Origin: Marsupella aquatica
Lineage: Eukaryota; Plantae; Marchantiophyta
Assembly: GCA_973895155.1 (NCBI GenBank)
Contig: OZ316894.1
Location: 25,108,709 to 25,172,708 of the forward strand
Length of the DNA: 64,000 nt
Reading direction: 5' to 3'
The notes under the pieces are model-generated. The model had not been told where the DNA came from. It was given only the letters and a program-made list of their open reading frames with translations, and searched no databases. Positions 23,115-34,870 of the stretch are shown here, in pieces. The translations under genes and the position numbers were made by a program. Within the stretch, counting starts at the first letter, position 1; each line of letters opens with the position of its first letter.

Positions 23115-26100
23115 ATGGCTGCGGTGTCGCTCACGACGGCTGCGGCTTCCACTTCGACAGCTCTGCAGAGCTCTTCCATCTGGGGCCAGAAGCAGTCCGT
23201 GGCTCGGTCATCGAGAGCGACTTTCTCTACTAGGTATGTTGGTCTGAACCTCTCACTGCTGTGAACGCGTCAATAGAAGACATGAAAAGAATAAGCTCAA
23301 TTCCCTGAGTGATTTCACCTCGTTGCACTGCTGGTAAAGGGTGCGTAATGAGAGAGCACAAGTCATTTGGCAGAGTAAGCAATCTCTGGCTCGTCTTCCA
23401 GGGCCTGGTATCCTTCCAGGTAGTTAATTTTCGAATGAATCAATGAAGAAATGATTAAAACGAAATGAAAGGATTGCATCAACTAAAGGGATAGAACAAA
23501 TGTAACGAACGCGTGAATTGTCTCTTGGATTGGATGAGCAAGTGTGACTAGAGGAATGGTTGTAACGATTTAACCAATGAATGAACGAGACAATTGTCTT
23601 GACTCTCGTCGATAAGTATGAATGAATGAATGTAAGGTGAAGCCACGTATGGTCGCCTCTTATGGCACACAGAAAGAGAGTCATTTAGGAGAGGAGCATG
23701 TCTTTTGGCGCGCACAACTCTAAATTAGGTGCTGCACCGCAGATAAACTGTTTGTAAGTACTCGCGGCTCTTCTCGTCTCATGCGTCGAAGTGTATGAAC
23801 TTGAGAGAGTCGACCAAATAGTGAGCCACGGATGGGACGGATTTTAGCATTTCTGCTTACTTCTACTCCTTCACATTGAGGTTTGTTTGGTTTATAAGAT
23901 GTTTGGTTGTCCTGAGAATTCTAATTTGCGTGGTCTGGAATGCGCGGTTCGGGGTGTAGAAATTCACGGAATTTGCATTGCTTCTTCGTTTGGCAGGGCA
24001 GTAGTGCCACGCATCACCGCTAGCTCTAAAGTGGATAAGTTCTCCAAGGATGATATCATCGTGTCTCCGTCCATTCTGTCTGCGAATTTTTCTAGACTCG
24101 GGGAACAGGTCTGATTCTTATCCCCTTCTTTAATGATGTAGAAGCCCACTGACACAGCAAAGTTTCTTTTGTTTTTAATCTCTGCCTGCTCATGCAAATC
24201 CGACATCCTTCATTTTGAGTAAAACTGTGCACGTGTTTTCGTTCTTATGTGGGCTTATGAAAGGTTCATCGTAGGCTAGAATATTTAAGAATGTCTCAGT
24301 CGCTCAATTATTACGCCTCAAATTTATCCTCTATGTGGAGTACCGTTGCTTTTGGGTTGTTCCAACGAATGTGCATGCCGTCGTGGCCGAAATTCTTTGC
24401 AGATTAAGGCCATAGATGATGCCGGCTGCGACTGGATTCATGTAGATGTTATGGACGGTCGTTTCGTGCCCAATATTACTATCGGGCCACTTGTGGTGGA
24501 TGCTATTCGGCCTGTCACTGACCTTCCTCTGGATGTACATCTGGTTAGTATTTTTCGCTCGCTCTACATTTATGATAACTTGAAAGAGCTCCCACTTTTG
24601 GATTCGAAACTCTACACATCCGCATGTATATTCTGGGTTTACGCCAGCAAGCCTTAAATCCTTTGTTTAGATCCACCCAACCGTACTGGCTGATCTAGTT
24701 CTGTGACTATGGGAAAGAAACACAGGAGGCTCTGTAGCATGGTGCATCCATATTCTCTTCTGAAATGTCCAACGCAAGCACTTTACATTACTAGGAAAGT
24801 TTAACCTTTTTATTGTCGCTGAGAGTTCGGGTGAAATTCTGTCCCGTGTGTGGATTTTTGTAATATCAATGGATCTGGTAATCACTTCTGAGAAAATTCG
24901 CTACAATTCCTTGTTTATTGCTCAAAATCTTGAAAAGTCAATTCTCGCTCACACTATTTTGTATCTTGTTAATTGCTAACTATTCCTCTTGTTTTTCTTG
25001 TTGCTTTTCAAACTTCAGTTTGGGAGAGGATGACTTATATGTGCACTTTAGGGTGTCGGTGTGGTAGGACGTTCGTAAGTTGGGGTCAGTCATCAATGTT
25101 TTCAAAACCATTCTCTGAAACATTTGTGCACGTATCAGTCATTTGGCGGCTAAAATTTCCCGATCATGTGAACAGATGATTGTTGAGCCAGAGTTACGAG
25201 TTGGTGACTTCATCAAGGCTGGGGCAGATATTGTTAGCGTACATGCTGAAGTCGCTGCAACCATTCATCTCCACCGAACAATCAATCTTGTAGGTTTTAG
25301 ACTGAAAATTGAATCTAGAGCTAGTTGAAAGGGGATGTATTCTCATAGCAAATTATCATTAAATTGTTTCTTCCATATGCCTCAATGTTGTCACATAGCA
25401 TGATTGGATTATCTTGTCAACTATTCTAATATCTATGACTGCTTACCAATGCCGTGCAACTGTTCCCATTGGAGTTGTACTAATTGTAGTGCTTCGCAAC
25501 CTGGGTTCCAATGATCTGCAGATCAAGAGCTTAGGTGCGAAAGCAGGAGTGGTCCTCAACCCCGGCACCCCACTTTCCGCAATTGAATATGTTTTGGAAG
25601 GTATGCTTTCCAGTACGTGTGATGACGTACTCTCCACTTGGCCTTGAAGTTCGATCCAAAATGCAGAAGAGGTTTTTCTTATGCTGACATCACCAGCACT
25701 CGTGCGTATGAATTTCTGTGGAAGCTGAATTTGTTGTCAAAGTGAAGGTACTGCTTTAAGTATGCCTCGGTGCATTCTTGCTGACCATTTCGTTCTCTTT
25801 TGGTAACAGAGGTGGACCTTGTCCTTATCATGTCTGTGAATCCTGGATTTGGAGGACAAAGTTTCATTGAGAGCCAAGTAAAGAAGATCGCAGAACTGCG
25901 CAAGATATGTAATGAGAAGGTGGGTTACCTGTGCGAGTACTGTATTATCATGTGGCCTAAGAAAACTATTGTTTCCCAATGTTAATTACGGACCAGGTTT
26001 TGAGAGAAGGTTGCGATTTTTCTCCACTCTGGGCGGAAGAGTGGTGGCGCGTTGTCTCTGTCCCTGCAATGATTTAGCACTCTATCTGAAGGTAGTGATT

Positions 26101-26835
26101 CTTCGTGTCTTTTCTCGCTCGAGTCATGTCTTGTTCATTCAGTTGGTGTTGAACATGTGCATCTTCAGGGAATCAATCCTTGGATTGAAGTTGACGGTGG
26201 AGTGACTCCTGCAAATGCGTGGAAGGTTAGTTTGTCATGTCAGTTTCGGTGTCAATTTGGAAAAATATCCTGCACGAAAAGAAATACGTGGTTGAGTTGT
26301 ATCCTTTCGAGTAGAAAGTGAGAATTCATCCCTGAAACCTTACTAGTATAGAATAAATACTCAGAAGGGAGTTGGTAGATGTTCACAACATAGAGAAAAG
26401 TGACCGCATTTTTCAAAATAAGCTGACACTTGTCACTTGCCAGGAAGAATTGTATTTTTAATTTGTCAGGGAGAATCGTTAGACCTTTCGGATATAATCG
26501 TAGAAGAATTGTAGTAGTTAAAATAGCCTATTGAAACAGTATACCTGACCATTGTGCAATTGAACTGGTTTTTTACAGGTCATTGAAGCTGGTGCCAACG
26601 CTCTTGTGGCAGGTTCTGCAGTTTACGGTGCCAAGAGCTATTCTGATGGTATGACTTATGTTGTTTGAAGTTGAAGGGTGAAAGTCCTTAATGGTTTTTT
26701 ACTGAGTGTTTGCATGGGTTGGAAGAATTTGTGCACAAAGCTGAGACGACCTCCAGCCTTAACATTGTTGTGGACTGGTTTGCAGCTATCAAAGGCATCA
26801 AGACAAGCAAGAGGCCGGTAGCTGTTGCAGCATAA
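23115..26835 (+). CDS. RPE: Ribulose-phosphate 3-epimerase, chloroplast precursor, 9 exons
   Basis: Exons 23115-23233, 23997-24108, 24403-24543, 25176-25289, 25522-25600, 25810-25919, 26169-26225, 26579-26648, 26786-26835, all GT-AG with compatible phases. Motifs [67 protein letters not shown]. Confidence 0.97.
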
Positions 26836-27719
26836 TTTCTATCCGGTAAAACTGGAGGATCAACTCTGGTTGGTCGTTTGAATCTTGCAGGCGGAGGAAT
26901 TTCATTCTCTTAGTGAGCTTTTCGAGTTTGTTGACCGTGTAGCCAGAACCGTTTTCAGGCGCTTGAAGATTAGTCGACACAGAGTTTTCCACATTTTCTA
27001 CTCAATGATCAGCAGAGTAGTGTGTGTACATTATTTTCCGAACTTACACAAAATTAAAAAACACCTCCATCTCTATTTTTCGAACCCAACATCTGAAGGG
27101 TAGAACGTGCAATCACAGTCTCTAGAGCTTAATCAGCAAAAGAAGATTGCTCCTGGGAGAACTTGTGCTCTGGTTAGCTGGCTTCATAAGAAATTGCCTT
27201 TCGGATCCATACATGACTTTTGAGAGAGCCATCCAGGAAAGTGCCAGGCACACACTCATGACAAGTGGAAGTGTGATGTGGTGGTTGGCTGTAATAAGTC
27301 TATGACGGATCAGGCATTCTCCTTTGGATGGAGGAGGGTGACCTGTGACCTGTGTGACAAGGGAGCATGAGCAAGACACTGTCATAAATAAATAGAAATA
27401 CAAATAGAAATAGAAATACATCCATCTGACTCAAAACAACAAAGTACTGGGTTACATTTTCGTTTTGAACCGAATTTTTTGGTGTAGTCCACACAAGCAG
27501 CACAATGGCATATATAAAGTTCGTTTTTTCCTGATGTTTGTTTGAGGCCTCCCTGGCCTGCAGCTGGCCAGGAAAGTTGAGCAGGGGATATTCCACAATT
27601 TATAGGCAAAAATTGGTTACATAGCCAGAAAGGAAAACCTGAATGGCACAAAAATCTCCTTGAAACCCGAAAGACACAATCTCAATATCAACTTATTTTT
27701 ATGCTACCTTGATGTGGCT

Positions 27720-27915
27720 ATTTTGAAACAGGCCTCTACTTTCTAATGTTACCTTGAGGTGTCTAATATCATTCTGAAACAAGCCTCTACTTTGTAATGT
27801 GACCTTGAGGTGGTAATATTATTTTGAAACAGGCCTCTACAGTGGTAAGGTCCGTAAAGACTCTCTGGTAGTTTTCAATGTTACCCTGACATGACAAATC
27901 ATTTTGAAACCGGCA
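27720..27915 (+). repeat. Degenerate ~50-bp tandem repeat (TTTTGAAACAGGCCTCTACTTT..AATGT.ACCTTGAGGTG)
   Basis: Three to four recognisable units. Confidence 0.65.
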
Positions 27916-30340
27916 CAAGACAAAGTGTAAACCGCTCCTTTTTTTACAACTCTTGGATCTTTGATTGAGCTCAAATTTTCTCAGCATGTCCTCAAATCTG
28001 TTAATTGACATAGTTTGAGAATGTATGAGATCACTCGCATTTCAGATGAACACAAAAATAGTTAAATATTATATATCAACTGAAATGAACCCTTCACTAA
28101 TGCAAGGAATTGCCTGAATAGTTTGGGCATGAGCAATGACTATACCACTAGACAAATTAGACTCTTTATAGTATTTGGTCTCACTAACAATTAGTGTCAC
28201 ACACTTATCATGGGTTCCCCCTTGAATTTTCAGGCAAGTGACACTCATTGGTGCCACCCCATTTCTTACAAAATCTAATATTTGAAAAGAAATGATAATT
28301 TGAGGGGACAATGTCTTGGGTGGTAACCCTAAATTGGACACACTACAATATTACATAGGCTAGTAGCCAAATATGTTTGTGTGTATGTAAGCAATAAATT
28401 TTTCCTGGTGTTTTGGCATGTCAGTCTTTGTAAGGATTGAATGAATGTGAACATGGCAGAATTTGGGTTGCCAATCATGGCTGAATTTGGTAGAGCAAGG
28501 GAAAACTAATCAAGATTATGTCAAATGTAACTGGTAATTGTAATTTGCATCTCCTTTTGTCTTAAACAATTAATTCCACTAAAAAGTTTCCAAGTCTTGA
28601 AAAATATGCTCTATCTTTTTCTTGATTAGGCAACCTTGTATTTATCTCCAATTGTGTGATGAAAACTCCCAATTCCTTTACCATTAGAAGTATTTTGAGA
28701 TGTGCTTTCCAACAAGCAGAGCATTGCCAATTTTGCTTATACATTTTATTCAATTGACCCTTGATTTTCTGGTTATTGGATGGTAATTGCCAATTCTAGT
28801 ACCATTAGAGGTGCCTTGAGATGTGTTTTTCCAATGAGCCCAACATCATAGAGCATCACAACACATGACTTTCCGAAGTTGGCTTCCTTTCTTTGAGACG
28901 GGGGACACGAGTTGGGAGATAATCATGATGTAGCTTCTATGACACAACCAGCAATCAAATGTGTTGAATTTCCTGTGTTACAGTGAGTACATGTGTTACT
29001 CATAGTCTGATAGAAGTGATTCAGACAGATCTTTCCAGTAAGCCCAACCTTGCAATTTTTTTATCAGTATTAAAGAGGTTATAAATTTATGAAGTTTGTC
29101 AGTTGTACACGTGAATTTTGATAACCATAGTAAAACATTGTGCACTATTTAATTTTTAAATATAAACATGTTGATTATATTGCCATTCTTTTATTTTATA
29201 AATATGCCAGACTATTTTACTTGTGACCATTATTAGTATCGTGTCATATTAGTGTTGCGAACACTATTTAGCATCACCTATCTTAAATATAACTTCATTG
29301 TAAATGGAGTGTGTGAACTGAAACAGGATCCCAAATGGTCAAGAGACCGTTTCAGGTCGCATCCTAGGCAATACCATGAAAGGTGTTATACAAATCTTTC
29401 TAGATGTGTTTCCCAAGTCCATCTCAGCTTCACGGCCGACCGGCCAGTCCATCTAAGCTTATCTTTTAGCAAAGAGTAAGTAAATATTTGCTAAAATCAA
29501 TATCTGGGATCGACAACATTTTTTATTGCGCATAATGTTTTTCATCCTCAAAATGTATCTGTATGATAATTGTGTAGCACTCGGCCACACGCTCACCAAC
29601 CCTCCCCCAATATCTATATTTTTGGCCTTGAGCGGGCCCTTGAATAATACCGGGTTGTAAGAAGATTGATAATATCTTTCTTGGAGAATGGGAACACTAA
29701 GGTACGAGGACCAAATTAGATTGCTTGACCTGGTTGAAAAGTTAGAGCGGAACCCTTGTGACATACCTTGGCTGATGGAAAAGATGACATCATCTCCTAG
29801 AAACCCTACAACTAACCACTTGGTGTAATTTCATTCAGAAATAGAAGTTCATTTATTAAATAATAAGGTTGTTTTCATTACCTTCGTAGGTAACTAGAGG
29901 CATATAATCTTCTCAAGATTTATTTTGTCCTCTTGTGGTCCGATAGCGTGGCCCACACTACTGTATTTACCTTGCGGATTCTTGCAATCAGGACTGGATC
30001 TCCCAGATTGCTGAGTATTCCCTACATGCACGAATTGCTTTTCTACTGCATTGAAAGAAAATATAAACCGAACTACTGTAGCCTTCATTTGATTGCTTGT
30101 GTAAGAAGTAGTACATTCTATGACTAGTGGGAATACCGATGCCTGTGTATGGGGAGAGCTCTTTGTACCCGTACTCCCGAGCCCATCCTTACTCACAAAT
30201 GAAAAGATTGGCGAGAAGAGGGCACTGGCTACATTTCAAGAGAAAATAGAAGTTATTTATTTAGGTCTATGAACACATATGCTTGTGAATGTAGTGGTAA
30301 GATAGGCTGGTTTGGAAGGACGAGGTCATAGGTTCAACAA

Positions 30341-31295
30341 GGTAAAATTATGCTTGATAGGACCCCTGCCAAAAGAAATTTATGTGATAGGCCCTCTCTC
30401 ACACTTTTGTGTCAAATGTTCTTGTAGCAGTTCCTATAATGAGCTTTAACTTGATATTATCACCAATAAGGGTTCTCGTAATTAAGTTTAGAATCAAACC
30501 GTGCTAATAACAAACTACACCATGAGGGGAACCGAGGAGCAGTGGTGGCCGTTGTGCAAATTATGACTTCCTAAGTAAAGACAATATGGTTCATGTCTTC
30601 ATGTTTAAAATTTCTACCATACCGTCTGTCTTTAGGTTGTTTCACCCAACCTATGCACATTGAATAATGTTTTGATGTTTCTCTTTCTTCTTTTGTCTAA
30701 GTATCAAATGAATCATCTACTTTTGGCCGTTGGCCCCTATTGCAATGTTCATATATTGTTCAAGTATGAACTAGAACAACATTCATGTTGTCTTCTCACA
30801 TCTATACCCCAAATTTGTCTAAGTATGGAAGTAACCAAGGATCTTTCATTTTGATTGTTTGCCCTTCTTGCAACTTTCAAAAATTATCAAAGTGTGAAAC
30901 AAAGACAACACGAAGTCAATTATAATGGGGAAATTTTGCTAGCCTACAAGAACTAGACTAATTATGTGCAAACCCGTTGTACAAGCCCACTATCATGTAC
31001 CGGTGGATCCCCTTAAACTCTATAATCATGTGAAGACACCTGTGAAAACATAATCCGTTATGTCTAGACGTGCATGCTGTGGACTATGACAAGGCGTGTT
31101 GTGGAGTGCGGTGGGAAATGTATAGTTTACCATGCACCTAGGCACCACATAAGAACCATGTGTATGGAGCCTACATAGGGGGCCTAGTTTCTAACAACAT
31201 GTTTGTGGGGATCCTAGTTTGTAACTAAACTTTCTTAGGGGCCCATCGTGTAAATTTGTTTTGGCAAGGGTCCCATGCATCAAGCATATACCTCT
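30341..31295. mobile_element. Degenerate non-autonomous TIR element (Mutator-like)
   Basis: ATGCTTGATAGGACCCCTGCCAAAAGAAATTTATGTGATAGGCCC at ~30350 is an imperfect inverted copy of ~31240-31290. No TSD was confirmed. Confidence 0.45.
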
Positions 31296-32120
31296 AGGGT
31301 TCAACTTGCCCAGTTGCGATGGGGGCACTTGCAATTTGGTGCCTCCCCATTACAGAGGGCAGTATTTTATTGAAGTGCATGCTGGGAATTTTGGGAATTT
31401 TTATGGGGTTCATGAATGTTTGGGGGAGGGGGGGGGGGGGGGGGGTTGCGGTTCAAGCAGGCCTACTCCCAATGGCAGGACCCAGGTTCTATGGGGGACC
31501 CGGGGTTGTGTTAATCAGTTCAAATATAAGAAAATTCTATTACCTGAATTCTCACTAAGTACTCACACAATATGGAGTAGGTCATGAAAGGTAGATTTGA
31601 ATTGGAGGTTCCTCTACTATCTAACTTTCAACATAATTAATATCTAGCAGTAACAATAATTAAGGTAAGCAATGTAGAAAGAATGTGCAGTAAAAAATGA
31701 GACAAAGGCTACCATATGGAAGACATGACGGATGCCTGTAGGGGAATTAAGTACGGTTTGAAAAAATGAGCCAATGGCACCAAATGAGGGAACATGACTG
31801 AATTTCGCAAAGAAACAAATGGGGAGTGGAAAAATTAGACCAAATGGGTATATAGTTTCTAATACTTTATTATCTTAACTTATTGAAAAATTAAAAATTA
31901 AAATGTATTGTAAAATGATCATTAGAATTAGAGCATAAAAAGAAATCTTAGTGTAAAGTGATTGTGAAAGACAACGCAGCAATCTTGAACAGCGTGAGTG
32001 GCACAGGCCATAGAATTCTTGATCTATATAAATAATAAATATAATGTCACAAACTCAGGTGCAGGATAACTCTGGCGCACAGTGGTGGTGGTCTTCCGTG
32101 GGATCCAGTGGGGTAGGGGG

Positions 32121-32216
32121 TTCGAGCCTTGCAAGCATCTATTATTTCAAGTAAAAAATATTTTTCAAGGGTTAGAATAATAGTGCTTGCAATAATAGAT
32201 GCTTGCAGGGCTCGAA
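32121..32216. repeat. Short foldback with a ~30-bp stem
   Basis: TTCGAGCCTTGCAAGCATCTATTATTTCAAG pairs with CTTGCAATAATAGATGCTTGCAGGGCTCGAA. Confidence 0.8.
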
Positions 32217-33564
32217 TAATTATATATGGGGGTCTTAGATAGATTCAAAACTGATGGAATAACAAAGAAGACAGCCTTCATAGGCCAAAATTAAAATTAA
32301 ATAATAATCAAATAAAATTGGACTGGGGACACTCAATAACAATGTTTCCAAACTCCTTTAGAATGTAGCTAATGGGGTCTGTGGTTAGTGGGAAAGTATT
32401 GTACTTAATGGGATATAGCATGCTCATCCTCGAACATGTTTGAGTTTTTGTCTTGTAGTGATTTGAAAAGAAATAAAACATGAGAACATAAGTAGAAGGA
32501 TTGGTGCACAGTGACCAATGAAAAGTACAATCAAGGATGCTACTATGTGTGCACTTAATTCAATGAATGACACTCATTCCAATAAAAATCATAAACTTAG
32601 TAAAGAAATACATGAGGGGACCTAAGACACAATCAGAATTATTTCTCTCATTCATGAGAATGTTCAAGTGGTGTGAATGGTTCATTTTATCTCTAACAAA
32701 ATCACAAATATTAAAATTTATAAGGGGTTGCCAAAATAAGTTCAAAATACTTTAGAATCATAGAAATTAAAGGGGTCCATAAATTAATTAAAAATTTATA
32801 TGATACACAGGTTGCCCCTTGATAAGGCACATTGAAATAAAAATATATGACACCAAAACTCTGAATAAGACAAAATCTGAAAGGTGGATCCACCATATAG
32901 CAGTTTCAAAAATGGGAGATAGTAAACCAAGCAAATGTCTGCCAAAAGCTGCAAAAACATTTTGGAGTCCTTTAGATTCTAGCTAATGGGGTCTGTGGTT
33001 ATGTGGGAAAGTATTATAGTTAATGGGAGATAGAAAACCAAGCAAACGTCTGCCAAAAGCTGCAAAAACATTTTGGAAAAGTGGAACCAGCAAATTTTCA
33101 CCATGATCACAAGATAGGCTGATGCATTCTCCTTTAATATGCCTTGAACCACTAAACCAGAGTTGACGGCTGTGGCTGGGCGCCCTTATTTAGCGGGCAC
33201 TTGCCAATGAGGCAGCCCTATTTCAAATTGAAACTCGCCCTGTGGTTTAATTACATAAACTGCTCCCCAAGTTCTCATGATGCGTGACTCGTTTTCTGTT
33301 GATCGAGGCCCAATTCACACACACACGTCTTGCCATTCCAGAGCCCACTCAATGGCCATAGTTGACGGACTGAACTTGATGTTTTCTTGGAAAAAATACA
33401 TTGGGCACAATTGACGGTTGGATTGGCATTGCCTTTGTTTAAATTCTTCTAAATGATGCTAGTTCAAGGAGCTTTCTAGTTAAATTCTGCACAGACTTAC
33501 CTCTACGTAGACATTCCATTTGTGGTCAAAACTAGGTCCCTAGCTAGAACTCCCTGCAAAATCA

Positions 33565-34870
33565 ATGGATGCATTAGCAAAATGGAGGGCAGACCTTGAG
33601 GAAGAAATTGAGGACTAGGAGGAAGTTGTTAGGATTTTGACTCAACCTTGGCTAGGTTAACTAGAATAAATTAACCGGAGTTAACATTAGTTGACTAGAC
33701 TCTTCATGAAGGGATAACCCTCTTGGTATCCCATGGAGAGAGAGCACTCAGTGGAGAACTTTGTGAGAGAGTGAGAGAGTTTGGACCATGGAGCTATGGT
33801 GATATGTACTTTTCGTGTTCATAGTGAAGCTCTTGGTGCGGCTGTGAACGTAACCCTGACGTTTTGATCCTACAAAAGCTTGGGACGAGGAGCAGAGGAC
33901 GTGGGCCGGAGTTGATTATGTTCGCTGGAAGCTTTCTCTTAGAGCTTTGCTTAAACACAAGAAACAAAGGCATGGAGGATCTAGGCCAGGAAGGAATGAA
34001 AATGTGGATAGATGTAGAGAAAAGGGGGCTGATGACTTGTGGAATGATTATTTCTCGGAAAATCCAATCTATGACGAACTGAAATTCAGAAGGAGATTTA
34101 GGATGAGCAGTAGACTTTTTAACAGAATTGTTGTGTGTGCACATGACAAATATTTCATCCTCAAGATTGATGCTACAGGGAAACCCAGCTTGTCTCCACA
34201 TCAAAAACTGATAGCAGCTTGCATATGGTGTAGGTGGAGATGCTACAGATGAGTACTGCCAATTTGGAGAGAGCACATCATTAGAGTCATTGTACCAATT
34301 TGTGAAAGCTATTAGAGAATCCCGTAGAGAATTATTTGAGGAGCATTATTTGAGGAAGCCAACTACTGCCAATTTTCATACTTAGCTGGCAATTAACAAA
34401 GACCAAGGTTTCCCTGTATGTTTGGGTCCTTGGATTGTATGGATTGGCCTTGGAAGAATTTCCCTCTTGCTTGGCGTGGGCATTACACACACAAGAATAA
34501 AGTTAAATCCATAATCTTGGAGGCAATTGCAGATCAGGAATTGTGTATTTGAATTTGGCATGCATTGTTTTGACTAGCAAGGGGTAACAATGACTTGAAT
34601 ATGCTGGATAGATCCCCTCTCCTAAATGAATCGTTGAGAAATGATGATTTGTCCAATGTCAATTCAAGTTCCATGTGAATGGTACAGAATACAAAATCTG
34701 AGCATACCTATCAGTGGATGGAATCTATCCTGAGTGCAGTATGTTCCTCTCAACTGTGCACCTCCCACAAACTGATAAGCTTAAGCCACTTTGCTGTCTA
34801 CCAAGGGGGTGCACGGAAGGATGTGGACAGGGCATTTGGGGTACTATTTCTGATTTTATTAGCACGGTAC
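33565..34870 (+). pseudogene. PIF/Harbinger-superfamily DDE transposase remnant
   Basis: HGGSRPGR...DDLWNDYFSENPIY..FRRRFRMS..LF..DATGKPSLSPHQKL, then in shifted frames DEYCQFGEST, YLRKPT, GSLDCMDWPWKNFPLAWRGHY, IILEAIAD, NNDLNMLDRSP, DGIYP and RKDVDRAFGVL. Multiple stops and frameshifts. Confidence 0.88.
33627..33874 (+). mobile_element. Probable degenerate solo LTR inserted in the 5' end of the Harbinger transposase
   Basis: TGTTAGGAT...ATCCTACA inverted termini. Shares GTTAACTAG and GGAGCTATGGTGAT blocks with the copia LTR at 14547. The TSD is imperfect (GAAGT/AAAGC). Confidence 0.6.

Noticed and set aside
31422-31446. Poly-G tract as a functional G-quadruplex
   Set aside because: It is an isolated homopolymer in repeat debris with no supporting context.
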